Origin: a virus
Virus record (IMG/VR): IMGVR_UViG_3300029989_000005
DNA length: 64,000 nt
Reading direction: 5' to 3' (one strand)
A program made the translations under genes and the position numbers. This document shows positions 1 to 9,327 of the stretch, piece by piece; positions within the stretch are counted from its first letter, which is position 1; each line of letters opens with the position of its first letter. The notes beneath the pieces were generated by a model, which worked only from the letters and a program-made list of their open reading frames with translations, was not told the origin of the DNA and made no database searches.

Positions 1-341
1 TCCCCAATGCTTATGCAATCAACAATTTCATCTTTAGTCATTGGAGTATAATTATGTATTGTAATAGCCATACAATCATCTATTTCCTCTTCATCCACAT
101 CATCATCGTTATAAAGTGGTGTTCCTACCCCCATATATGCTGTAAATGTATTGTATTCTAAAAACATTATAGCCTCAAGTTCAGGGTCATATTCAGGGTC
201 ATCTTTGTTATCAGGGTCTTCCGAATACTGCTTGGCTAACATGTTAATCATTTTCTTTTTGGAATATACAACACGGTTTGTTTCAGCATTCAAACCAAGT
301 ATAGCATTATCAAAACCATCCACAAATAATGTTTCACTCAT
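1..341 (-). CDS. conserved phage hypothetical protein (runs off window start)
   Basis: Hand-translated from ATG at 341: MSETLFVDGFDNAILGLNAETNRVVYSKKK...EYNTFTAYMGVGTP; frame open to position 1. Confidence 0.65.
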   Translation of the reverse strand, partial: MSETLFVDGFDNAILGLNAETNRVVYSKKKMINMLAKQYSEDPDNKDDPEYDPELEAIMFLEYNTFTAYMGVGTPLYNDDDVDEEEIDDCMAITIHNYTPMTKDEIVDCISIG

Positions 342-520
342 GATATTATTTTATAATTTATATTATTTCTACTAAGTGCTTTGTTGAATATTTTTATATT
401 ATTTTTAGTTGGTACAACAAATTCTTTATCAGCAGTACCAACCATTATAGCATTATCCTCTATCATTGAAATCATTGAATCAAATTCCCTTTGAGTTAAT
501 TCAAGTATTATCTTTTTCAT
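338..520 (-). CDS. hypothetical protein
   Basis: 60-aa ORF tightly packed between neighbours. Confidence 0.6.
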   Translation of the reverse strand: MKKIILELTQREFDSMISMIEDNAIMVGTADKEFVVPTKNNIKIFNKALSRNNINYKIIS

Positions 521-877
521 TTATTGAAAATATCTAAAGCCTCTAAACCCTTTCATAGGAATAGGTGCTATCTTATGAAATTCACCACTTCTTTGAATAA
601 ATTTACCAACCCAAGCAGTACCCGTAGTTTCACAATTAAATGGTTTATCACTTAGTGCTGTAATAAACATATATCCTATTATGTTTCCCTTATAACACAG
701 ATAACATTTCTTACCAACCTCTGTTTGCTTTGGATATGAGGTAACTTTGAAATTCATTACATACTTACCATCTTTCACCAAATCAAGTTCCTTTTGGTAT
801 TCTTCCCATTTTGTGATTGATGGTATTGTTATAATTATGTCCTTTGTTTGAGAGTGATCAATGGCTAATTGTTTCAT
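521..877 (-). CDS. hypothetical protein, possibly ASCH/PUA-like
   Basis: IIGYMFI strand and C-terminal PIPMKGFRGF resemble the ASCH P.P.KG..G motif. Confidence 0.45.
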   Translation of the reverse strand: MKQLAIDHSQTKDIIITIPSITKWEEYQKELDLVKDGKYVMNFKVTSYPKQTEVGKKCYLCYKGNIIGYMFITALSDKPFNCETTGTAWVGKFIQRSGEFHKIAPIPMKGFRGFRYFQ

Positions 878-1470
878 AATGTTATAGTAAATTCAGTAAA
901 TGCAATTATATTTTTATCGTCATACATTGGCTCTAAATATATTGAATGTCTACCACCTACAAAAGTATCTTGTATTATAGGTCTACCACAAAATGTACAA
1001 ATACCATCACTATACCAAGTATCTCTATTACCACAGCTTGTTAGGTCTACTTGCCCATCAAAAAAATTATTTTTAGAATTATGAATACAATATTCTTTAA
1101 ATTCTATAAATACGGTATCAAATAAACGTGTTTTAATGTTTAAAATATAATCAGTGGACTCCTTTTTGAGCAAAAACACTTGATCGTTGTAAATATATGG
1201 AGGTCTTAATTTTGTACATATTTTAGTATCCGATGAAATCCTTACTCTAAGACAATCATCTAGTTGAAATACTTTATAAATAATTTGACAGTTTTTCTCT
1301 ATATCTTTAGTGAAAGACATAACAGATGATTCATTAATTATATGTTGACATTTATGGATGCACCACTCATTATTCTCCATTACAATGAAGTATTCATTTT
1401 CACTTATATAACCTTTTACAGCAAAATGAATATTTTCCGAGATTTTAACTATTTTACCTTTTATTTTCAT
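874..1470 (-). CDS. hypothetical protein
   Basis: 198-aa ORF, 4-nt overlap with next gene. Confidence 0.65.
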   Translation of the reverse strand: MKIKGKIVKISENIHFAVKGYISENEYFIVMENNEWCIHKCQHIINESSVMSFTKDIEKNCQIIYKVFQLDDCLRVRISSDTKICTKLRPPYIYNDQVFLLKKESTDYILNIKTRLFDTVFIEFKEYCIHNSKNNFFDGQVDLTSCGNRDTWYSDGICTFCGRPIIQDTFVGGRHSIYLEPMYDDKNIIAFTEFTITL

Positions 1471-1482
1471 AATGTTAGCAAC

Positions 1483-2184
1483 TTATAGGTTTTCATAAAT
1501 CCAATTTACAGTTAATATTTTGTTAGTTCCGCCCGCAGAAAGGTTATCATCTCTGTGCTTATTTATTAGTATTTCAACTTCCTCAAAAGTATAGTTGTTT
1601 TTAATCTTCCTTATTGTTATAGTTCTATCTTTTGGATTAATTTTTAACCGTTCAAAATCTTTTGCTGATTTATTAAATGCATTTATCCAAGATTGAGTAT
1701 CCTGTTCATATTCAACCAAAACATCGGTAATTTGTCTACCATTGTTGTATTCTTTAATATAAATATCAATAAACGATTTCGATGATTGTGGAAACAAATT
1801 TTTGTTCTTTATTTCAACCCAACCTGAAGAGCCACTCATACAATCAGAATCATTAGCTATTTTAATTGCTTCTTCCAATCCCAAACTTAAATCAGTTGAT
1901 GCAATAATCTTTCTATCGGCTCTTAAAGGAAATTCACCCTCTTTCAGCTTATATACAATTTGATCAAGACCTATTGCATAATCACCAACTTTAATTTCTC
2001 CACCTACCTCAGTATTTTTTTTACCTGATAATACGTAAATATGTTGAACTATTGTTGTTTTAGCTATAAATACCTCGTTTTCGGTGAGTATATGTAGCTC
2101 ATTACACTTTGACTTTACTAAATTTCCAATTTGTGCTTTTTGATTAGTAGGAAGCATAACCACTTTTGCTCTTTTAAACGGCAT
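1483..2184 (-). CDS. phage hypothetical protein
   Basis: 233-aa ORF with A-rich leader. Confidence 0.7.
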   Translation of the reverse strand: MPFKRAKVVMLPTNQKAQIGNLVKSKCNELHILTENEVFIAKTTIVQHIYVLSGKKNTEVGGEIKVGDYAIGLDQIVYKLKEGEFPLRADRKIIASTDLSLGLEEAIKIANDSDCMSGSSGWVEIKNKNLFPQSSKSFIDIYIKEYNNGRQITDVLVEYEQDTQSWINAFNKSAKDFERLKINPKDRTITIRKIKNNYTFEEVEILINKHRDDNLSAGGTNKILTVNWIYENL

Positions 2185-2270
2185 AATGTTTTGTTTTTAA
2201 GAATGTTAATTATTACAAGTATTGTATAATTTTCTCCCTTATATAAGCAAATACATTAATATTTTCATAT

Positions 2271-2525
2271 TTATCTTTTATTCCAACTCATTGGTATTAT
2301 ATTTTGATTTTCTGATCTTTTTAAACACACAATAAGTTCAGACTTAAAAACCTTAACTGTAAATCTAAATTTGCTTCTTACAAATCTTTTATTTGATTCA
2401 ATTACATGATAAACTGAATTACTTTGCTTCTGACCTATACATATGATAAAATCGTCAGACTTTATATTTATATCTGATGGACAATCAACAAAGAATTTTC
2501 TAATTTTATCGGTATGTTCATTCAT
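2271..2525 (-). CDS. hypothetical protein
   Basis: 84-aa ORF coupled to upstream stop. Confidence 0.6.
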   Translation of the reverse strand: MNEHTDKIRKFFVDCPSDINIKSDDFIICIGQKQSNSVYHVIESNKRFVRSKFRFTVKVFKSELIVCLKRSENQNIIPMSWNKR

Positions 2526-3247
2526 TAGAACAGGTGTTTATAAGATTTAATATCTTTTATAGTGCGTTCAGCTATTTTTAAATCTTTTGGTGCTTTTTTT
2601 ACACCCGTAAGATTATCGTAATATGACATATATACACTCCTTATACCGAGAAGGTTGGCTGTCTTTATAAAAGGAATTGTAAAAGTACATAATCTATGCC
2701 AATCTTCATAGCTAATAATTTGAGGTGGTGATGTAAATGCCGAATATTTATATGAACGTATACAATATTCAAATCCACTATTTTCAAGCATTTTTTGCAT
2801 CATTTCCCAATTAACGGGTAAAGTTCTAGTTGGTTGATTCCCAGCTTTCATTTGATTAATTGATGGATTTATTATCTCTGAGCCAAACACACGTATGATT
2901 TGGTCTAGTATTTGTATCCTTATCCTTGGTGGTACGAATGTAAGATTAATTCCGTAAGGGTTGAAATCACCTGATTTTGTAAATTTTTGACCTATTATGA
3001 AATTTATGGGTCTGAATGAAAAAGCGGGGCATTGAGCAAGTAATTTTTCCTCAGGGGTTATTGGATTATATCCGAATGTATAAATTTTACCAGGAATTAA
3101 AAATATTTTATCTTTCTTTTCGGGTAAATTTTTACTAGACTGATCAGTCAAGTAATTATCGTAAAACCATTTTTGATTTCTAGATACCATAGTTGAATAT
3201 GGTGTTATCATCATTTCATCGGTCAACGTTTCGGCTATTAATTTCAT
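2525..3247 (-). CDS. DNA end protector protein (T4 gp2-like)
   Basis: PGKIYTFGYNP, GINLTFVPPRIRIQILD and CIRSY motifs match the gp2 pattern. Confidence 0.65.
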   Translation of the reverse strand: MKLIAETLTDEMMITPYSTMVSRNQKWFYDNYLTDQSSKNLPEKKDKIFLIPGKIYTFGYNPITPEEKLLAQCPAFSFRPINFIIGQKFTKSGDFNPYGINLTFVPPRIRIQILDQIIRVFGSEIINPSINQMKAGNQPTRTLPVNWEMMQKMLENSGFEYCIRSYKYSAFTSPPQIISYEDWHRLCTFTIPFIKTANLLGIRSVYMSYYDNLTGVKKAPKDLKIAERTIKDIKSYKHLF

Positions 3248-3786
3248 TATAACTTTATAAATGTTTCATTTAAATTACCGCCTGAATAATTATATTTATC
3301 AAATACAACAACCTCATTACTTAAATCTATATTTCCAAATTTAAGTAAATATTTTGCCGCAGTTCCTTTTTTAAGATATGCTAGCGTTATATGAGGTTCA
3401 AAATTTGGGTATGTTAATGTAACATGTAATTTATTGACTATATCTGATCTTAATTTCAACAATTCATTAGATGGTATAATTGACACTTTTAATACATCAT
3501 ATTTTTCATTTTCGAAAACACTTATCTTTCCTAATTTTAAAGTGCCAATATTTTTAGGTATCATAGTCAACATCCTAGAAAGTCCAACATAAGTATCAAT
3601 TCCGTATACTACTGTTATGTGTTGATTTGTTTCTATACCTTTATCATCCAAATCATCCAAATCTATTTTATTTTGTAATTTTGTAATTAAAAGTATAGGA
3701 TAAACATCCACCATAAGACAGGCAAAATCATAGTCTGTCAAATTTATTCTGCATTTATAATCTTGTATCATTTGTAATGGTTGCAT
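3247..3786 (-). CDS. 2H phosphoesterase, Acb1/T4 gp57B-like (candidate anti-CBASS nuclease)
   Basis: Two HxT motifs (HITVVYG, FEPHITLAY) about 75 aa apart. Confidence 0.7.
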   Translation of the reverse strand: MQPLQMIQDYKCRINLTDYDFACLMVDVYPILLITKLQNKIDLDDLDDKGIETNQHITVVYGIDTYVGLSRMLTMIPKNIGTLKLGKISVFENEKYDVLKVSIIPSNELLKLRSDIVNKLHVTLTYPNFEPHITLAYLKKGTAAKYLLKFGNIDLSNEVVVFDKYNYSGGNLNETFIKL

Positions 3787-3813
3787 ATGATTTGTTTAAT
3801 TATTTAAAACGAA

Positions 3814-3848
3814 GATTCCGTGAAGATGGCTTATATCTTCACGGAATC
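3814..3848 (-). terminator. intrinsic terminator-like hairpin
   Basis: 14-bp perfect inverted repeat gattccgtgaagat/atcttcacggaatc followed by a T-rich tail on the minus strand. Confidence 0.7.
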
Positions 3849-3851
3849 AGT

Positions 3852-4071
3852 GTTCCCAATAGTTGCATGCTCTGAGTTGTAGGTCAGATTGCTTGTGATG
3901 TCCAAAGTCAGGTATTGATGGCATTTCTACCAAATGCCTGTATGGACTCCGAATATCGGGAACGGATTTGGTGATTTCGGGTTGGAAACGGAATTAGGGG
4001 ACAGCCCTAATTTAATAGTCAAGTCTGTGGATTTACCACAACGACAACACCAAGCCGAATAATAATCACCA
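3852..4071 (-). ncRNA. unassigned structured RNA candidate (about 220 nt)
   Basis: GC-enriched intergenic block with nested helices: 3852-3861/3954-3963, 3969-3985/4050-4071, ggcattt/aaatgcc, aattaggg/ccctaatt, tgtgg/ccaca; a G-U pair favours the minus strand; terminator follows. Confidence 0.55.
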
Positions 4072-4239
4072 TCATTTATCTATAATCGTAACATTATTTT
4101 ATATTAGTTAATATTAAACGGTTTCAAATCATTACCTGAACTCTTTCAGGAAATATGAGGTATATAATCATATAACAATTTGTATATTCAAAAAACCAAA
4201 TTACAGGCAAAACCTTATATCCCATAAAGTCATAATACA

Positions 4240-4770
4240 TTATAAGCCTTTTTTTGTTGTATTGAGGTATTCAATTTCCTTTTCATCAGATGCTGTCATT
4301 TGTTGGAATTTCAATAGTTTTTCAGAAATCGTTTTCAGATATTCAAGCTCTTCACATGATATACAATCATTGGTTTCCACATCTGATAGAAAACCATGTA
4401 ATCTTGTTGCAAATGTGGTATCACTAACAATTCTTGCATCAACAATAACACCGTTCCAATAGTTATCGCTGTGATTAGTTCTTTTTTCTAAACCCGATGA
4501 AGCACATTTTTTACATTTCTTGACATCTTTACTGAAATAATCACATGTATTACAGTATTGTGGATATTCAAAAAATCCAAGATAATGGGGTGGTAATTTA
4601 TCCATAAGTTCCAATATCTCAGGTAGAACTTTAATACAATTGTCAGCTTCTTTATCAAGCAGCAAAGTACTAATTACCTGATTATTTTTATCGGCTTTCA
4701 ACATTGAGAAATAGTTTTTTATTGGGGTTAAAATATTTCTTAAATGTGCTACTTTAGTTTCTGTTTGCAT
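4240..4770 (-). CDS. hypothetical protein with CxxC/CxxC cluster
   Basis: 176-aa ORF; CNTC...CKKC. Confidence 0.65.
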   Translation of the reverse strand: MQTETKVAHLRNILTPIKNYFSMLKADKNNQVISTLLLDKEADNCIKVLPEILELMDKLPPHYLGFFEYPQYCNTCDYFSKDVKKCKKCASSGLEKRTNHSDNYWNGVIVDARIVSDTTFATRLHGFLSDVETNDCISCEELEYLKTISEKLLKFQQMTASDEKEIEYLNTTKKGL

Positions 4771-5134
4771 ATTGCTTTCTTTGTTTTGCTAAGAATTCTA
4801 ATTTTTCCGAGAACATTTTTCTATTAACTCTTATCTTTGAATTACATAATACATGTTTTGTTTGCCTTGAAAGTATTTTAATACTTTCAAGCATAGTTAT
4901 ATCAATTTTGGACATTTTTTCATCTGTGGTAACCCATTCTATTGGAACAGTATTAGCTGCAACATCTGTAGAAAATCTGACATGTATACCACCTGTGATA
5001 TGTACTATTATTGCCTCAATTTTACCGCTTAAGCCCATACCTTGCCTTATAATACCATTTTCAGTTTCTATAACTCTATAACGTTCGTAAGCTATCCTGC
5101 CGACAATAACAGGACTTTCATTCTTTTTACCCAT
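4754..5134 (-). CDS. hypothetical protein
   Basis: 126-aa ORF in operon. Confidence 0.6.
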   Translation of the reverse strand: MGKKNESPVIVGRIAYERYRVIETENGIIRQGMGLSGKIEAIIVHITGGIHVRFSTDVAANTVPIEWVTTDEKMSKIDITMLESIKILSRQTKHVLCNSKIRVNRKMFSEKLEFLAKQRKQYANRN

Positions 5135-5898
5135 TAAAATAAAGAATTAACTTGTTTATTATCCAATTTATACAAAATTTTATATACATCAAAATTTGGA
5201 TGTTTCAATATTTTATATGAATGTGTCAGTTCAAGTACATTGCTATAAAATCTAAGTATATTTTTATTTACCGTTTGGTTTTCATATAATGATTCTATCC
5301 ATTCATCTTTATATAGCTCACCTATGCTCAATATATGGTTATCAATAGTTGATCTATAAGTTTGATCAAACCCTATAGTTGAAACTGTTATATATTCCAT
5401 AAGTGAAAGATCAAGTTTGGAACAATCACCCATGATAGGTTCGATTTCTAACCAAAGATGAATTGATTTATTTAAAAATTTAAGTTTGGATAAATCTTTT
5501 ATTCTGCAGTTATAATTATTATTTTCAACAGAAGTTCCAAAATAAATGTTCTTGGGTATTTCCTTTATCCAACATTCTTTCAAAAACTTAAAATACCTTA
5601 TTGGGTTCTTTGATTGCAAGAAAAATACATCGTGTGGTCTTCTTTCTATATGTTCAAGTATGTCTATAAGATTTAGGTCAGTTATAGTACTACTTAACAT
5701 ATCACCCATAATTGAACATATATAAATATCGGGTCTTTTTGGTAATTTATCCCAATATTCGGGATAATATTTAGGCTTTAGAAAGTCGTTTTTTAGGAAA
5801 TTTTTATTGGAGAATTTGGTTTTTACATAGCAGAACCCTGTTTTGTATAGATCACAGGAATCTATATCACAGCCGTGAACCAAATTTAATGTTACCAT
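5134..5898 (-). CDS. DUF5131 / phage Gp37-Gp68-like radical-SAM-related protein
   Basis: N-terminal GC...C...CY, CSIMGD, FFLQSKNP.R, NIYFGTSVEN, LEIEPIMG. Confidence 0.7.
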   Translation of the reverse strand: MVTLNLVHGCDIDSCDLYKTGFCYVKTKFSNKNFLKNDFLKPKYYPEYWDKLPKRPDIYICSIMGDMLSSTITDLNLIDILEHIERRPHDVFFLQSKNPIRYFKFLKECWIKEIPKNIYFGTSVENNNYNCRIKDLSKLKFLNKSIHLWLEIEPIMGDCSKLDLSLMEYITVSTIGFDQTYRSTIDNHILSIGELYKDEWIESLYENQTVNKNILRFYSNVLELTHSYKILKHPNFDVYKILYKLDNKQVNSLF

Positions 5899-5935
5899 AC
5901 ATCTTTATATAGAAGCACAACAACGTTAATCTTAT

Positions 5936-6499
5936 TTATATTGGTTTTGGGGTATCGAGATATTTATGAAATGGTATAAGTTGCCTTCCGCCATCATACA
6001 ACCATTCTTTGAATTTATCTATATGTACGGGTGTTATATTTTGAAAACCTTTCCAATCTTTATCATAATTATTCAAATATGATTCTTTAGCATCTTGATG
6101 GCTGTTATATCCAAGCATTACTTTACTTTCATCAAATTTACCTGTTAAAGGGTCTATCTGATCTACAACATATACCATAGTACTATTGGTGTTATCACCT
6201 ATAAATACATCAATATCTTCTCCTATTCTGTCATGTGTATTATCAAAGTACCCATAATGATTTTTCATTTCCGTTGACCATTTTTTACCATTATCATCAA
6301 CACCCGAACGTGTAGAACCTTTTGGATTTTCAATGGTTATATTCATCCCCTGAATAATAATTGCAGCTTTGTCATATTCTCCCGATTCTATTTGAGATTT
6401 AGATGGATTGAGTTCCACATGGTTGAGTAGGAATCCTTCTAAATCAGGTTTGAATATCTGCAGTTTTTTCATACTTTTCAATACATTATCGGCATCCAT
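5936..6499 (-). CDS. InPase-type (inorganic pyrophosphatase-like) domain protein
   Basis: ITIENPKGSTRSG..W...M.NHYGY, DIDVFIG, VVDQ.DP.TG.FDESKVMLGY. Confidence 0.75.
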   Translation of the reverse strand: MDADNVLKSMKKLQIFKPDLEGFLLNHVELNPSKSQIESGEYDKAAIIIQGMNITIENPKGSTRSGVDDNGKKWSTEMKNHYGYFDNTHDRIGEDIDVFIGDNTNSTMVYVVDQIDPLTGKFDESKVMLGYNSHQDAKESYLNNYDKDWKGFQNITPVHIDKFKEWLYDGGRQLIPFHKYLDTPKPI

Positions 6500-6529
6500 T
6501 AGGTTAGATGTCGATATAAATTTTATTGA

Positions 6530-6901
6530 TTATTGTATTAATCCCAATGTTTTAAGTGCTAATATCAAAGATGTTAATTTCTCTGTATCCGTAGTACCTG
6601 AAACAGTTTGTATATTTGCAGGTGTGAAATCACCATCTTTGTCAATAGATGATTTGATGGTTACACCATCAGGTGAAACCACCAATACATTACCACTAGT
6701 TCCTGTGAGTATTATATTGTCAGCTATTATTGATTTATTAGGTAAAGTACCTTGTAGACCTGATAAATTTATTGTTTTGGTGGTAGTATTTATAATTTGA
6801 AGAATAGGATTTAACGTATCCTCTAAGATTTGAAATGCAGCATTCAACATATCAGGTATGTCAGAAACTTGGTTGGTCGGTTGAAATCTTGTTAGTTCCA
6901 T
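6530..6901 (-). CDS. hypothetical protein, possibly virion-associated
   Basis: 123-aa ORF preceded by TAAATAA motif; ends LILALKTLGLI. Confidence 0.6.
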   Translation of the reverse strand: MELTRFQPTNQVSDIPDMLNAAFQILEDTLNPILQIINTTTKTINLSGLQGTLPNKSIIADNIILTGTSGNVLVVSPDGVTIKSSIDKDGDFTPANIQTVSGTTDTEKLTSLILALKTLGLIQ

Positions 6902-6930
6902 AATGGTAATTAATTTTATTTATTTATTTT

Positions 6931-6972
6931 GGTGCTTGTGTTATAAACCAAGCAAAAAATAGCACAAGCACC
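6931..6972. terminator. hairpin / probable terminator
   Basis: ggtgcttgtg ... cacaagcacc inverted repeat between genes. Confidence 0.5.
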
Positions 6973-6986
6973 TATATAAATCATTA

Positions 6987-7694
6987 TTAAATTACTACAG
7001 ACTGCGACACTTCATCCATCATTTTATCATCCATCATTTCGGGTTGACTTCCATTTGACTCATTATCAACTATGATAGGCTGTGACACTTCATCTATAAT
7101 TTTATCATCCATCATTTCGGGTTGACTTCCATCAAGTTCATTATCAATTGCATCAAGCTGTTTAAGCATATACATCTTTTTACCGTCTATCTCTGAAATA
7201 TCAATAACCCCATTTTCAGATAAATGCTTTGTGAATACATCTATTTCCAAATCGGTAAATTGGTAAAGCTTGAGTTCTTCAACAGTTATTTCAAGGTTAT
7301 TGTTATTGTAGTGTTGCTCACAAATCTTAATAAATGTTTCAAGCCTGAATTTCCTTACTTGCTCCATGTAAGATTTCCTTACATTATCAGCATAAATTTT
7401 TACCTTTTCGATTGATTCCTCGAATGACCCACCCGACATGTATTCCTTAAAGGCATATTCAGCGTGAACAACAATAATCCCCAAACCATTTTTAAAAATA
7501 GGCAATCCTTTTGTAACTAGTTTACACCATTCTTTTGGTATTAATGAATGTTGTATTTCCTTCTCCGCTTTAGTTCCTACATTTAGCTTTTCAGTCCAAC
7601 TGATCTTGCAATGTTTCTTCTCTCTAGATGTCCATTTAGCGGGGTTGCTAACAATTTCACCTTTCTTTGGAATGTTTTCAGTAACTTTATCCAT
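6987..7694 (-). CDS. hypothetical protein with duplicated acidic C-terminal motif
   Basis: 235-aa ORF; GSQPEMMDDK..DEVSQ occurs twice. Confidence 0.7.
   Translation of the reverse strand: MDKVTENIPKKGEIVSNPAKWTSREKKHCKISWTEKLNVGTKAEKEIQHSLIPKEWCKLVTKGLPIFKNGLGIIVVHAEYAFKEYMSGGSFEESIEKVKIYADNVRKSYMEQVRKFRLETFIKICEQHYNNNNLEITVEELKLYQFTDLEIDVFTKHLSENGVIDISEIDGKKMYMLKQLDAIDNELDGSQPEMMDDKIIDEVSQPIIVDNESNGSQPEMMDDKMMDEVSQSVVI
7006..7132. repeat. in-frame direct repeat, 78-bp period
   Basis: 49-bp near-identical copies at 7006-7054 and 7084-7132. Confidence 0.85.
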
Positions 7695-7703
7695 GATTTT
7701 ATT

Positions 7704-7922
7704 TTAAATGATTTTATTTTTAATTAATAAGCAACAATATTTGTATTTTTTCCCCGAACCACAATTACATTGATCATTACGGCTCTGTTCTTTCTTTTTT
7801 ATAATTGGTTTATTATTTCTGTTTCTAGCTTTCTCAATGCATAGCTCACAATACCATTTTTTATTTCTTTTTAAAATAATACTAGCGGGTCTTCCACACA
7901 TACAACATTGGTGAGTATCCAT
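7704..7922 (-). CDS. small zinc-finger + SEC-C motif protein
   Basis: CCMCG...YCELC and C-terminal RNDQCNCGSGKKYKYCC. Confidence 0.8.
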   Translation of the reverse strand: MDTHQCCMCGRPASIILKRNKKWYCELCIEKARNRNNKPIIKKKEQSRNDQCNCGSGKKYKYCCLLIKNKII

Positions 7923-7927
7923 ATAGG

Positions 7928-8653
7928 TTAATTTACTAATGTATGCTTCAAAAATTGATGCTTATCGCCCAAAAATGATGTATAATTTATTCTAGCTAGC
8001 CAATAATCTATCTTGTTTATATTGCCTAATATTTGATCTACATTAAGGAAAGCATTATAAGTATTAGGATTAAATGACATTTTATATGTTTTATTTTCAT
8101 ATGGATTGTATACATCAAACGATGTAGTTATTCCAAGCTGCTTAACAAGCTTTATCTTCTCGTCTATTAATTTTTTCCATATTATAAATATTTCTGAATG
8201 ATTTATGTTGCTGAGTTTTACACAATCAAGGCAAATATCTTTTATGTTCACAAAATATTCTACATCGGCAAGGTTTTGATTTTGTTTTGATTTAAAGAAT
8301 GTATTATTTATAAGTTTTCTAACATTCTCTTTAGAAAGCAGATTGATATTTGATACAATATGTTTTCCACTTTCAATTATAGTCAATATATCATTAACAG
8401 GTTCTATTATCACACCACCATCCTCAAGTATTATCAAAACATTATATTTAAGTAATAACGACACTGTGATTTCATTAGCTTTATACTTCATATCCTCGAT
8501 TCTTACAAAATCTGAAAAAACAAAGGTTTCTGACTTGGTGTATTTATTTGAAAGTCTATCTATTATGGTATTTTCATTAGGGAACGTATAATTAGCTATG
8601 AAGACCTCATTTTCAGTCAACAGTTTATACAATTGGAATATATTTTTAAACAT
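7928..8653 (-). CDS. hypothetical protein
   Basis: 241-aa ORF. Confidence 0.65.
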   Translation of the reverse strand: MFKNIFQLYKLLTENEVFIANYTFPNENTIIDRLSNKYTKSETFVFSDFVRIEDMKYKANEITVSLLLKYNVLIILEDGGVIIEPVNDILTIIESGKHIVSNINLLSKENVRKLINNTFFKSKQNQNLADVEYFVNIKDICLDCVKLSNINHSEIFIIWKKLIDEKIKLVKQLGITTSFDVYNPYENKTYKMSFNPNTYNAFLNVDQILGNINKIDYWLARINYTSFLGDKHQFLKHTLVN

Positions 8654-8728
8654 AAGCTAGATAGATTTTAATTATTTATATTCGATATCTTATAATTGTG
8701 TCAATCCAAAATATAGTTGCAAAATACA

Positions 8729-8763
8729 AAATTGGCTGTAATCTCAAAGATTACAGCCAATTT
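8729..8763 (-). terminator. terminator hairpin after tmRNA
   Basis: 16-bp perfect inverted repeat aaattggctgtaatct/agattacagccaattt. Confidence 0.75.
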
Positions 8764-8771
8764 ACTTAAAG

Positions 8772-9125
8772 TGGAGGTGGAGTGAGTCGAACACTCGTCT
8801 TACGATTGGTTAATACAAGTCTTTTTACAACTTAGTGCATGAGGTTAATCTTACCACCTTTCAGCATCTTATAAGAATTTGGGTACTGTTTGGAAACAGT
8901 GCAGTCCACCATCCGATTTATGACATCGGCAAACTTTAAAAAACTAAATTAGGCTTCCTTAAGCAGCAAATGCTACTACTCTTGGAGATATCATTGCAAT
9001 AACCTTGTTACCCAATGATTTGATTGTATTTTTGCCTGTTATTTGGTTTACCTTTTTAAAAGGAGAACTGATAATCTCCATTGAACTTATACCACCCTAA
9101 ACCGCAATCAAAACCAAGCACCCCC
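8772..9125 (-). ncRNA. ssrA: tmRNA; tag reading frame 9036-8959 encodes (A)GKNTIKSLGNKVIAMISPRVVAFAA*
   Basis: 5' GGGGGTGCTTGGTTTTGA pairs with 3' CACCTCC-A, including the G3-U70 alanine determinant; T-arm GAGTG-TTCGACT-CACTC; 354 nt; ATAACA-GGC resume context; tag ends AA-stop. Confidence 0.93.
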
Positions 9126-9253
9126 GATTTTTCACTTTTTATATCAGAATAACTCTTTATCCTGTATCTCTCAGGATGGGACTAACCATCCTTTCGTTCA
9201 TAGATTAGAGAGATGCAATATTCTCTCTATAGTCGTATCTAATAAACAGTCTG

Positions 9254-9327
9254 TGCTCCCTACAGGACTTGAACCTATGACCTCAACATTATGAGTGTTT
9301 TGCTCTGACCAACTGAGCTAAGGGAGC
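9254..9327 (-). tRNA. tRNA with CAU anticodon (Ile2 or Met)
   Basis: GCTCCCT/AGGGAGC acceptor stem, TAGCTCAGTTGGTCAGAGC D-arm, CTCATAA loop, GGTTCAAGTCC T-loop; CCA not encoded. Confidence 0.9.

Noticed and set aside
3852-4071. RNase P, SRP or cobalamin riboswitch identity for the structured RNA
   Set aside because: Hallmark sequences (GAGGAAAGUCC, the SRP GGAA loop motif, B12 box) were not found
3850-4095. TAG-interrupted minus-strand reading frame (MLRL*INDGDYYSAWCCRCGK...)
   Set aside because: Two in-frame stops and no recognisable protein; the extensive base pairing is better explained by an RNA
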